Position numbers and translations under genes: made by a program. 64,000 bases of DNA from Podarcis muralis (taxonomy: Eukaryota), in NCBI RefSeq assembly GCF_964188315.1, contig NC_135656.1, positions 77,252,001 through 77,316,000 on the forward strand, in the 5' to 3' direction. The notes under the pieces were generated by a model. The model was given only the letters and a program-made list of their open reading frames with translations. It did no database searches and was not told where the DNA came from. Positions 47,864 through 60,113 of the stretch are shown here, piece after piece (within the stretch, counting starts at the first letter, position 1; every line of letters begins with the position of its first letter).

Positions 47864-50800
47864 GTGCAGACAGTAAGGACTAGTTATGATGACTATGTCC
47901 TACCTCAACTGTTAGAGGCAGAATATCTCTGAATGCCAGTTATTGGGACTCACAAGTGGAGGAGAGTGTTTCCCCCCCACTCAAGCCTGCTTGTGGGCAT
48001 CCCATCTGGTTGGCCTCTGTGTGAACAGGATGCTGGGTCTGTCTGACCCAGTGGGGTTCTTCTTACATTCTTAACGTGATGCTAGGATGTCTTTGGATTG
48101 GCTACGACTCTCATAATTACTGGGAGCCTGGCCTTCTGCCTTGGCCTTCTGCCTGCTGCACTTCACATTCCACCCCAGTCTTGACTTCAGGGGCTCAGGG
48201 CTAGAGAGCACATCCTCCAGATCACGATTTTTACATGCTCAACTATTGTCCTAATCTGGCCCTGGTATTGGGGAGCCTATGCTGGGCTAGAGATGTTGCA
48301 AACATTCAATCAAGGGTGCTTGCAAAATCAAGAACCACTTGTTGAAACACTCATGAGTTGGATTAAGGAGAGTGGGGCCCTGCTCATCTTGATCATGCAA
48401 GGTGCCTACACTTGTGTCCCAAAGACCCAGACAGAAATATTTATTGTTCGATAATAAGGAAATTATTGCTTTAGCCTTTCCTCACTCAACATATCTGTAC
48501 CTATCTTCAAAAACAGCTTTCAAGGCCTATGGCTTTTATGACATATGTAGCATATAGCAGACGGTTAGAACTAAAATAAGCAATAAATAATAATAGAGGT
48601 CTTTAGTATTATAGCACTTAGGAATGTTTGAATGTTCAGTAATACTAAGTGTGGTGTACCCATAGGTGCAGCTGTTGCCCTTTATGAGCATTCAGAGGGC
48701 GGCACTACACACTTTGCATTATTTTTAATAGGTTTGTACAGTAGAATGACCCTTGACAACTGAGGAAATCCTGATGCGGTACATATTATGCATACGCTCT
48801 TGTGAAGACTGTGACAGATTTTGCAATCCACATATTCTGAGCACACACGATGCTGCTTCTTATAGCCATGCTTCTATTTACAGGATTTAAATTGCCTGGA
48901 GTTGTGGAAACAGGGAACCATCTGTCAGAACATGCTTTTGTGAATTTATTGTGTTCATGCTATAACAGAAAGTGACTTAGGAAGCACATATCTCATATAA
49001 TGCAAGCTACAATTCACTTCCTGTGTATTGAAACTGACACTTAAAAGCTCAGTGTGGCTTAAGAATGATGTGTAATTCAAAAGCAGATTATACTTCTTGT
49101 ATATGATGGATTATATTTACTGGTTATAGCTTCTAAAGCTCTAAATCTGGTCTTCACCCAGAGTGTGAATGGTTTTCCCCATCCTGTTCTTTAAGGCCAG
49201 CCTGGGAAGATGGAAATCATCAGCTCATGGTTATTGGGATTAAAAGATTTGTGGGTCGTTAAAGATGGGGAAACAGTACAGAGGGGAATGGTTAACCTCC
49301 CCTCCATAAGCACCTCTGCTTTGATCAAATTTGTAGTCCCCTACAATTGATTCAATGCAAAAAAAAAAAAAAAAAAAGATTGCATGCTTTAATGCTTGAT
49401 TTCTCATGAATGGCCTGTACATGTGGCATATAGTATGACCATCAAAGAAGACTTTAACTTGATGGTGCAACTATAGAATAGCCTTCTCAGAGAAGCCTAT
49501 CAGGAAGCATTACTACCATGCCAAATCAAGAAATTTTCATACTCCAAGGTTTTTGGGTGTGTAATATTCTTTTATTGAACAGTATGCCAGGTGTTTTTGG
49601 GTGTGCTAGGATTGAATTGTCAGATGGTTTTCTTATTTAGAATAGGAAATGTACAGTCTTCAGAACTGGATGCTCAGTGATCAATCCAGACAAAATGAAT
49701 TATATATCAGTTCTGCTGAAATCAATGGGATTCATGTTAGTCCTTGCTAATGAAGGCCCATTGATTTCAACAGAACTTACTTGTGACTAAAATGATTTGA
49801 ATTGGGATAATTGTGTGTTACATTTATAAACAACTAGCAAGGAGTGCCTAGCGCTGCCTGGGTAGTTTTAGAAACCAAAAAATAGTGTGAGTTTTAAAAT
49901 GGATAGTTCAGTTTGTGAATTTGGACCCACCACATCAAATATAAAGTGAAGTCAACCCACAGTCACATTTTGGTCTAGCATCTTGATTCAAAATGATTTC
50001 CAATGTCCAAACATCAGCAAAGATTGCTGCCGCCCCCCGAAAACCCTTGTCCCAGGTTTGGTGATGGTATTTTGAAAGGTGACTGAATCTATGTCAAAAA
50101 ATGGGCCATGTCACACCCAAGTGATGTTTTGGTCCATCTTGATTCAACATGGTGCCTGGCACCCAAACATCAATGTAGACCCCACCCTCACATCAGGAAC
50201 ACTCGTACTGAGTTTGGCAACAATATTTTGAGAGGTGTCCAAATGTGTTGTAGCATAAGTATTACGGTTTTGAAAAGAATAAATATTAACATTATATGCC
50301 TAGTCTGCCTATTCATGCTGCGGATGTTAAGATTTGCAACCAGAGTGTACATTTGAAGTGTAGGAATCATATGTGTTAATTCCCACTTGAGATATTGTAA
50401 GAGTGTAAGGCATTTGCCTGCGTCAGATCTGTCTGGCTATTTTTGCAGTAATGTTCCAGTATGTATTAATTGACTTCAGTGTTACTACTCCAGAGTCCTT
50501 GCTAGAAGAAATTAAGAGGAACTGCCTGCTGGATTAGAGAAGGGGCACATTTAGTTTAGAATTATGCCTCCAATAGTGGAGTCTAGAATTGCCTTCTACA
50601 GTGGCCAGACAAATGGTATAATATGGTTTGGCAAAATACTCTTCTTAAGATGTTGTGGTCTTTCTAGTACATATAGTTACAGGAATCAATAATCACTTGT
50701 GTTAAGCTAATGCATAATTGACAGTGCCAGACCTTAGCAGCAGTATTTAGAGTGTTTATGATTTTAAACTCTAAGTCAAATTTTACTAATTTTCTCTAAG

Positions 50801-52769
50801 TGACCTTTAATATTACTGATTGGAAGCTATTTATGTGTTCTAAAAATTCATCTAATGTTCAAGAAATGGGATTATTATTTCCCCTTTTATAAATATTACT
50901 CTCTCCATTCATGGTTGCCTGGAACACAAGGGTTAATATAATCTGCAGTTATAGTAGTCACTGAAGTAGTCACTGAAACAAGTATACCATGAGTAATGGT
51001 TGTGGTGATCTATTTTTATGAATGCAGATATACCCTTGGCCATCTGTTAATCAGCTCCTCATTATGCCTTTTAAACATTCATTTTTTGCTTACAATGACA
51101 TAACTAAGTATCCTTGAAGTTAATCATGTGCAATTCTGTTTAGCTATTCAGTTTCAACTGATTATCTCCTTCATGCGTTCTTTTCTGTGATCTATGGAAC
51201 TAGAGCAGCAGTAAACTGATTTCTCTGCTCCTCTTCCAAAAGAAGATTATTGCTACAGCCAGAGTGGCTCCATGGCAAATCCAGACAGAGAGCCATGCAA
51301 AATGGTGAAGGTATAATTGTGAAAGGTTCTTTCACATGTACTAAATACTGCATGACTACAGTTCTTTGTTCAGCTGTTAATAACATATGTCACAAATCAA
51401 AAGGAAAGTTGAAGGTAGCAAAGTTGTAAGGAGCATTGATTGAAATATGATGCCACACTTACATTGTTGCTTCTCCAAGTACAAATCGTTAACCCAATCT
51501 AGCTAGAGAGCATGCATGTACTAAAGCAGGCATTTTATCCCAAGCTGGATGAGGAAACCTGTGTGCTATAGACAGAGTTAACATTTCCTACTCACCCAAT
51601 CCAGTAGCTGGGACTGTGCAATGATATTCCAGAAAATTAGTGGTAGCATCAACCGGTCTGTCAGGATGGAAAGAAAAGAGCTGGATTTAGTCCATTTAAT
51701 CAGACCCCTGATTAGCATGGTTGTGCATAGCCCTAACTACTGTAATCACTTCAGGAAAATTCCAAAGCATTTTGAAATCTGTCTTAATGATTTGCACCTG
51801 GATGACAATAGTATTCCAGACTCTTTTTAATGTACGTCAGTTTTATATCAGAACTTTGGGGGAAGGCTTCTGAATAAGCGGATTTTTAAAAATAATTAGG
51901 ATATGTTCATTACACATTCTCCTTGTTCAAATTAGTGCAAGAAACAAAACAACACAATAATATTAGCATTAATTCTGAAATAAGTGATAAAGAGCCTATC
52001 TGTCCATATGTTAAAAGTCATAAACAGAAGCATTTGTTAAGAAGAAGAAGAATATTTTGTCAGGCGACTATATCTTACACCAATAGTGTACTTTTGGACC
52101 AACATAACGTTGCCAGTCATCAGAAGCTGTTGCCACCATCTAGTTGCATCTTTACATAGCATTTGTGGAATTGAAATCATGGTAGCTAGGAGAAAAAGTA
52201 CCTGCAGAAATTGACCCAAGGCCTAGAATCTGAATGTTAACTTGACCAAGTAGAACACTCATTGTGGAACAGAATACAGACACCAGTCAGTAACTAACCT
52301 GACTCCTTTCTCTATTCCTCTATGCAGTGATATTGATTTGGCTGGATAGAAGGTGGGTGACGCAATTACATATACTTGATATAGGAAATGAGCCAATTGA
52401 GCCAAAGTTAAGCACTTTGAAATTCAGTTGAGTTTAGTGAGTTATAAAGTTAAGAAGGTGCTCAGTTCCCATTCAAATCAGTGGAAATTGTGTTTAATTT
52501 GTGCTAGATTGTGCCAGTGATGTTACATAATTGGGATGTTGTTGTGGGGGAGTTGTTGCTGCTGCTGGGTTTTTGTATCTTTATTATAGATCTTGTTGTG
52601 ATTTATCTGGAAATCGTTCGGTCTGGTTGTGTATTTTGTAACATTTAATTTATTGTTTATGGCTACTTTTGTTATGTTGTAGTTATGCATTTTTTCATGT
52701 TGTAATCCACCTTGAGCATGGTTTGAACTGTAGAAAGGCAGCATACAAATAAAATTATGCCTGTATGTA

Positions 52770-52968
52770 CAGTGGTACCTTGGTTCTCGAACTTAATCTG
52801 TTCAATACCCAAAACCATTCGAAAACCAAGGCATGGCTTCCAATTGGCTGCAGGAGCTTCCTGCACTCAAGCAGAAGCTGCACGGACGTTCGGCTTACTT
52901 CCGGGTTTGAGGCATTCGGGAGCCAATTAGTTCGACAACTAAGTCATTTGAGAACCAAGGTACCACTG
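52770..52968 (+). mobile_element. Tigger/pogo-like MITE, family B
   Basis: TIR CAGTGGTACCTTGGTTCTC / GAGAACCAAGGTACCACTG, TA at both ends, subterminal ttcga(a/c)aac motifs. Confidence 0.92.
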
Positions 52969-52974
52969 TATGTA

Positions 52975-53191
52975 CAGTGGTACTTCGGGTTACATACGCT
53001 TCAGGTTACAGACTCCGCTAACCCAGAAATAGTTAAGAACTTTGCTTCAGGATGAGAACAGAAATCGTGCTCCGGCGGCATGGCGGCAGCAGGAGGCCCC
53101 ATTAGCTAAAGTGGTGCTTCAGGTTAGGAACAGTTTCAGGTTAAGAACGGACCTCCGGAACGAATTAAGTACTTAACCTGAGGTACCACTT
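52975..53191 (+). mobile_element. Tigger/pogo-like MITE, family A
   Basis: Matches 29932-30173. Terminal G mutated to T. TA flanks. Confidence 0.9.
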
Positions 53192-54933
53192 TATGTATTT
53201 AAACTTCCACAGGTAAAAACTACAGTTCAGAAATTAGAGCCTTAACACCTGTCTACTTCTGGAAGTATAATAAGCATATATAGCCATGCCTAAAATTGGG
53301 TGAATTAAGTAGCTAAGAATCTAATTGGTACTTAGCCAATGGAAATTACATAATAGGTAGCTACCTAATAGGAAACAGCATTTAAATACAGTTCCCAATT
53401 ATGTATCACTTTGCCTTTATTTTTTTGCTTTGATAAGTAATAGTGTTTAAAGTAAAGGTCTGATAATATTCTTCATATTTATGGTTCAGAAAAAATACAT
53501 TTTCTTTCCAGAAAGACACACAAGCAAGTCAAATTAATTTTTAGAATTGAAAGAAAATTATTAAGTAATGCAGAAGCAAAGCGTCAGAGGAAATGACCCA
53601 GGAGAAAATAAAAGGCTTATTGAAAAAAGTAATCTGGCATTTGAATAAACTTAATGTGCTTCTATTCACTTTAGAGCTTTTGTGGAGTATAATGCATGAG
53701 GGGGAAATTGTGTGGAAAAAATAATGTATGAAATACAAAACAGACTATAATGAATTGAGCATTTTATCTTAACATATAAGGACATTGCTTCAGAGGCAGG
53801 TGCTGTAGCACAGTGTTGCTCACATATGGAGAATAACCTCATACAGTTGCCAAGGTAATTGTTGGGCTTTTAAGAATATAAGATGAGCCCTTTGGGTCAG
53901 GCCAGTGGCCCACCTGGTCCAGCATCCTGTTCTGAGAGTGGCTGACCAGAAGCCCATGGAAAACCTGCAAGCCAGACATGAGCAAAATAGCACTCTGTCC
54001 ACCTTTGATTTCCAGCAAATGGTATTCAGAGGCACAATGCATCTTACAGTGGATGTAGAACACAGCCATCATGGCTTGTAGCGGCTGATAGCCTTGTCTT
54101 CCATCTGCATGACAAGACAGATGTGAAGATACATCTCCATTCATACTATGAACCTTTTAAGAGGCCCTGGTTCTCCACATGGAAGCAAAGGATAGGAGAG
54201 TTGGATTGGAGGCAGAGGCTAAAAGACCTCAGTTCACATGCAGTCATTGCCAGAGCTGGAGCTGTCCTTGGTGCTGTAACAACTGACTTATCATGGTGCC
54301 GCAGATTTCCTTGCATCTTTTCAACATAAGTATACCTTCAGTGCTATGTGGAAAAACTCTTAGTAACTCTTAGTAACATCAACCATAATTATAGAACTCT
54401 TATTAACATCAACCATAATTCAAGAGATTAACATAGCTACACCTCTGAAAATTGCTACAGTGGAAGGCACCAGAGTTAGCCATATGGAGTGGGTATCCAT
54501 CACTGAATAATCTCTAAGTTTTTAAGGTGCCAGGAGACTAATACAGTTACCCTTCTGGAAATAATAAGTTTACACCTTCATTTGGTGATTTTGCACTCAC
54601 TGCCTACTGACACTGATGTGTAACTCAGTCATGTGAAAGGCTCTAATGCATGTTTAGCTTTGAGACACTAGAGGACCTCCTGTCTTTAGACTTATGTGTG
54701 ACCTAAGACCAGTTGAGGTTTATATACAGGATGCTGCATGAATCTTATTCTGAATCTTTCAAGACCTACTACTAATGAATGAGGTGAACTATTGAGATAA
54801 TTCTTTTAGTTTTCCTGGGGCATGCAGAAAAGCACATTCCACTAGCTCTTGCCTGGGAGATTACAGGAGTTGAAAAGATAATGACACATGCTGTAAGTAA
54901 GGAATTTGGTGGTTGGGATAGTCAAAGAAAATA

Positions 54934-57749
54934 CAGTGGTGCCTCGCAAGACGAAATTAATTCGTTCCGCAAGTCTCTTCGTCTTGCGGTTTTTTCGTCT
55001 TGCGATGCACGGTTTCCCATAGGAATGCATTGAAAATCAATTAATGCGTTCCTAGGGAAACCGCCTTCAGACCAGGTCCGGGGACAGTCTGTCCCCGGAC
55101 CTCTTCTGAAGGCTGGGGGGGGGGGGGAACAAGGGCTTTTCTTCCCACCCCCAGCATTTTAAAAAACCCCGGGACAGCGGAGGACTTCTCCGCTCTCCGA
55201 GGCGATTTAAAAGCCCCTGGGAAGGCAGGCAGGGGGGACAAAGACTTTCGCCCCCCGCCCGCCTTCAGAAGGTGTTCCCGCCCCCGCCCCGCTTCGGAAC
55301 AGCTTTCCGAAGTGGGGCGGCTGGGGCAGGTGTCCCCGCCCCCCCTCCCCACTTCGGAACAGCTTTCCAAAGTGGGGCGGCTGGGGCAGGTGTCCCCGCC
55401 CCCCCTCCCCACTTCGGAACAGCTTTCCGAAGTGGGGCGGCTGGGGCAGATGTCCCCGTCCCCCCTCCCCACTTCGGAACAGCTTTCCGAAGTGGGGCGG
55501 CTGGGGCAGATGTCCCCGCCCCCCCTCCCCGCTTCGGAACAGCTTTCCGAAGTGGGGCGGCTGGGGCAGATGTCCCCGCCCCCCCTCCCCGCTTCGGAAC
55601 AGCTTTCCGAAGTGGGGCGGCTGGGGCAGATGTCCCCGCCCCCCCTCCCCGCTTCGGAACAGCTTTCCGAAGTGGGGCGGCTGGGGCAGGTGTCCCCGCC
55701 CCCCCTCCCCACTTCGGAACAGCTTTCCAAAGTGGGGCGGCTGGGGCAGGTGTCCCCGCCCCCCTCCCCACTTCGGAACAGCTTTCCGAAGTGGGGCGGC
55801 TGGGGCAGATGTCCCCGTCCCCCCTCCCCACTTCGGAACAGCTTTCCGAAGTGGGGCGGCTGGGGCAGATGTCCCCGCCCCCCCTCCCCGCTTCGGAACA
55901 GCTTTCCGAAGTGGGGCGGCTGGGGCAGGTGTCCCCGCCCCCCCTCCCCACTTCGGAACAGCTTTCCAAAGTGGGGCGGCTGGGGCAGGTGTCCCCGCCC
56001 CCCCTCCCCACTTCGGAACAGCTTTCCGAAGTGGGGCGGCTGGGGCAGGTGTCCCCGCCCCCCCTCCCCACTTCGGAACAGCTTTCCGAAGTGGGGCGGC
56101 TGGGGCAGATGTCCCCGTCCCCCCTCCCCACTTCGGAACAGCTTTCCGAAGTGGGGCGGCTGGGGCAGATGTCCCCGCCCCCCCTCCCCGCTTCGGAACA
56201 GCTTTCCGAAGTGGGGCGGCTGGGGCAGATGTCCCCGCCCCCCCTCCCCACTTCGGAACAGCTTTCCGAAGTGGGGCGGCTGGGGCAGGTGTCCCCGCCC
56301 CCCCTCCCCACTTCGGAACAGCTTTCCGAAGTGGGGCGGCTGGGGCAGATGTCCCCGTCCCCCCTCCCCACTTCGGAACAGCTTTCCGAAGTGGGGCGGC
56401 TGGGGCAGATGTCCCCGCCCCCCCTCCCCGCTTCGGAACAGCTTTCCGAAGTGGGGCGGCTGGGGCAGATGTCCCCGCCCCCCCTCCCCGCTTCGGAACA
56501 GCTTTCCGAAGTGGGGCGGCTGGGGCAGATGTCCCCGCCCCCCCTCCCCGCTTCGGAACAGCTTTCCGAAGTGGGGCGGCTGGGGCAGGTGTCCCCGCCC
56601 CCCCTCCCCACTTCGGAACAGCTTTCCAAAGTGGGGCGGCTGGGGCAGGTGTCCCCGCCCCCCCTCCCCACTTCGGAACAGCTTTCCGAAGTGGGGCGGC
56701 TGGGGCAGATGTCCCCGCCCCCCCTCCCCGCTTCGGAACAGCTTTCCGAAGTGGGGCGGCTGGGGCAGATGTCCCCGCCCCCCCTCCCCGCTTCGGAACA
56801 GCTTTCCGAAGTGGGGCGGCTGGGGCAGATGTCCCCGCCCCCCCGCCCCGCTTCGGAACAGCTTTCCGAAGTGGGGCGGCTGGGGCAGATGTCCCCGCCC
56901 CCCCTCCCCGCTTCGGAACAGCTTTCCGAAGTGGGGCGGCTGGGGCAGATGCCCCCGCCCCCCCTCCCCGCTTCGGAACAGCTTTCCGAAGTGGGGCGGC
57001 TGGGGCAGGTGTCCCCGCCCCCCCTCCCCGCTTCGGAACAGCTTTCCGAAGTGGGGCGGCTGGGGCAGGTGTCCCCGCCCCCCCTCCCCACTTCGGAACA
57101 GCTTTCCAAAGTGGGGCGGCTGGGGCAGGTGTCCCCGCCCCCCCTCCCCACTTCGGAACAGCTTTCCGAAGTGGGGCGGCTGGGGCAGATGTCCCCGCCC
57201 CCCCTCCCCGCTTCGGAACAGCTTTCCGAAGTGGGGCGGCTGGGGCAGATGTCCCCGCCCCCCCTCCCCGCTTCGGAACAGCTTTCCGAAGTGGGGCGGC
57301 TGGGGCAGGTGTCCCCACCCCCCCCTTCGGAACAGCGTTTTAAAATGCTGGGGGTCGGGAGCTTCGCTCCGACCCCCAGCATTTTAAAACCTCCCCGGGA
57401 CAGAGACTTCTCTGCTGTCCCTTGGAGATTTTAAAATGCTGGGGGTCGGCAGCGAACGCTTCGCTCCCGCCCGCCAGCATTTTAAGATCGCCCCCGGCAG
57501 GCGGGGGGAAGGCAGGCGGGGGGGAGCAAAGACTTTTGCCCCCCGCCGGCCTTCAGAAGAGGTCCTCTTCTGAAGGCCGGCTGTGGGCGAAAGTCTTTGC
57601 TCCCGACCGCCAGCATTTCCCTATGGGCTTTCGTCTTGCGATGCAAGCCCATAGGGAAATTCGTCTTGCGAAGCGCCTCCAAAACAGAAAACCCTTTCGT
57701 CTTGCGGGTTTTCCGTCTTGCGAGGCATTCGTCTTGCGGGGTACCACTG
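54934..57749 (+). mobile_element. Tigger/pogo-like non-autonomous element, family C, with internal minisatellite (2816 bp)
   Basis: 22-bp TIRs CAGTGGTGCCTCGCAAGACGAA / TTCGTCTTGCGGGGTACCACTG (2 mismatches), TA at 54932-54933 and 57750-57751, seven T(T/C)CGTCTTGCG motifs (2 left, 5 right). No transposase ORF. Confidence 0.93.
55280..57336. repeat. 60-bp GC-rich minisatellite, 34 full units plus a partial
   Basis: Unit CTTCGGAACAGCTTTCCGAAGTGGGGCGGCTGGGGCAGRTGTCCCCGYCCCCCCTCCCCR. One 59-bp unit near 55760. Confidence 0.98.
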
Positions 57750-59679
57750 TATAAATGTTTAGTTTTCTATAAAGAAGAAATTACTGAAGTGGGGAAATTC
57801 TTATGGGTGAACTGGAAAAAGAAATGGCAAATAATAGGAAGAGTATTATTCCCCTATTTCTCAGAGCACAAAGGGAGAATGCCTTGTATCTCTTGCAGTT
57901 TTAACTTAAAGTATGTTGTTATAATTGAAACTCAGCCAGGCCTCTGTTGGGAAGCAGTCAACAATAGGTATTGATGAGCTCCTAATTCCTCACTGTTTTC
58001 CATTTGAGAAACTAATTATTGTAATATCTCTTTGCAGTCAGTCTTATAAGCAGCTTCCTCATTCAGCTATTCAATTTTCCAAGCCTCTAATGCGACAGAG
58101 AAGAAAAATACATAGGGAATATATTCATCTTCTTGAATCTTAAATATTTTTGAGACTTTGAGAGATGTGGCTGCCTTAAGGGTTTTCTTTCCTCCTAAAA
58201 TAATCTCCATAATTTTTAAAAGAACAGTGCATCTGCTAACATTGATATGGAAATCAATATTTTTCCTGTTTAAAATGGCATTAGTTCAGCTTCTAGAACC
58301 ATAGGAATAAATAAAACTCACAAATCCCATCATTATCATCAATAATATTAATATATGCAGCAAGTGAGATTTGTTAGCAACCCCAAAGAACAAAAGGACC
58401 TCTTTGTTTAGCCAATGTCTAGCATCCCATTTCATGGCTTTTGACTGATACAGTACATCATCTGGCACTGTGGAAAGTTCAGCGTTTAGGATATCAATAC
58501 ATATCCATTGTATGTAAAACATTTGTGAACCAATATAACAGAACTTTCCAAACTGTGTGTTACGACACTTTAGTGTGTCAACTGCATTGTGTAGGTATGT
58601 CGTGCAAGCGTTCTCCACACTCCTCCCAGGGCTGGAAAGGGATTAGTTTAACCTCCAGTTTACTAGTAAAACTGAATTACTGTGTCGCAAAATGATGCAA
58701 AACTGAATTACTGCATTGTGAAATTATGTATGTCTAAAAAGTGTGGCACCAGCAAGAAAAGTTTGGAAAGCTCTGCAATAGTATATTCTGGTGTAATCTG
58801 TGAGGCAGAAACAGAGCTCTGTGCACCACTGCCAGATTAGAAAGCAAAGTATAAAAGATGCAGCACACAGGATTGTGTCTGTGTCTGTCTGCCTCTCTCA
58901 CACACAGAGAGATTCCAACCCTGGATCTGCATTTGTAGTGCTGAATGGTTGTGTCAGCCTGCTTTGACAATGCTCCCAACTGTGTGGGTGCATGGATTAA
59001 ATGCAGGCCCCTAATTTTTTCTCCCTGTTTGTTGGGAAGGAAAGTAGTTGATTTTGGTATAATTAACTATATTGATAACAGAAATGCACCCATAGAGGCA
59101 CAAACATTCTGTGCCAATGCAGGAGGTCCAATTAACTCACTAAGGCGACTTACCTGGGAGTAAGGCCCATTGAATTAAAGAGAACTTATTTCTGAGCATT
59201 GGTTAGGATGCACCTGTAATTTATTTCTTAAATGTATAACCCACACCTTCAGTGTCAATTGGCATTTCCTGAGTGGCTTACAAGCAAAATAAAAAAGTGC
59301 TACAAAACATCCACACAACTATAACAACACCAACAACAATAGTAGAGAAACCAAAATACAACAAATCTGCCAGTGAAAACAGAAGCTGACAACAGCATAA
59401 AAGGGCTTAACAACATTAAAGTTATGTTAAAAGACGAGGAAAATGTGAACCTATTTATCTTGCACTGGGAATGACAATAAAGTAGGTACAGTTAAGCCTC
59501 CCTTAGAACTTCTTGCATGGCACCACCATCAGAAAAGCTCTTTTTACAGCTGCCACCTATTTTATTTCCAGCGGTGAAAGTACCCAAAGGAGATCTTCAG
59601 ATGAAAATAAAATTCTGCTTGGCTGGATTGGTATCTGATAAGATGGTTCAACAGATACCAGCCTCCCAAAACTTGACAA

Positions 59680-60113
59680 CTTTATTTATTTATGTAAAAT
59701 ATGTATATTTCTTTAAAGAATTTATACATCATTTAACTAATCTTCTCTAAGCAGTTTACAAGGATACAATACAAAAAATAAAAATCAGTTAAAATTGTAT
59801 GATTAAACTTCAATTAAAATGCCTGCTGGAATAAAACATTATTCAGTAGGTGCTGGAGATTCAGTAGGGTGGGGACCTGTCTGACCTCAAGTGAAGGGTA
59901 TTTGCATAAAAATGGACCCACATTACCAAACACATAGCTTCGGGTGGATCCGAGCCCTGCATCTGATCCATGGGGGAGCGTTAACAGTGACTCCACTGAA
60001 TACCTGAGTGATTGGAGAGGGATATAAGGAATCAGATGGTCCTTGGGGTATCCTTGACCCAAACTGTCATAGGCCTGGTAAATTAATACAAGAACCTTGT
60101 AGCACATACACAA
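59680..60113 (-). mobile_element. L2 LINE ORF2 C-terminus and 3' UTR
   Basis: ORF 59814-60113: YKVLVLIYQAYDSLGQGYPKDHLIPY..LR..LL..TRSYVFGNVGP..LFQQAF matches the L2 C-terminal pattern (FKVLVL.FKAL.GLGP.YL..RAFS..AP.LWN..LF.QAF). (TTTA)n tail. Confidence 0.8.

Noticed and set aside
54354-54420. Short tandem duplication (aactcttagtaacatcaaccataatt twice), and a 15-bp direct repeat aaaactgaattactg near 58668-58713
   Set aside because: Ordinary local slippage duplications.
54505-54560. Eroded Penelope-like 3' motif (tttaaggtgcc..agactaatacagttaccc)
   Set aside because: Too short and degenerate to call, and no hammerhead core is present.
55280-57336. CRISPR-like look (palindromic repeat at regular spacing)
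   Set aside because: The intervening sequence is repeated too (no unique spacers), there are no cas genes, and the context is vertebrate.
55041-57434. Five long ORFs (229-720 aa) on both strands
   Set aside because: All lie in the 60-bp minisatellite. The period is a multiple of 3 and the unit lacks stop triplets in every frame, so they are open by composition. No splice or domain support.
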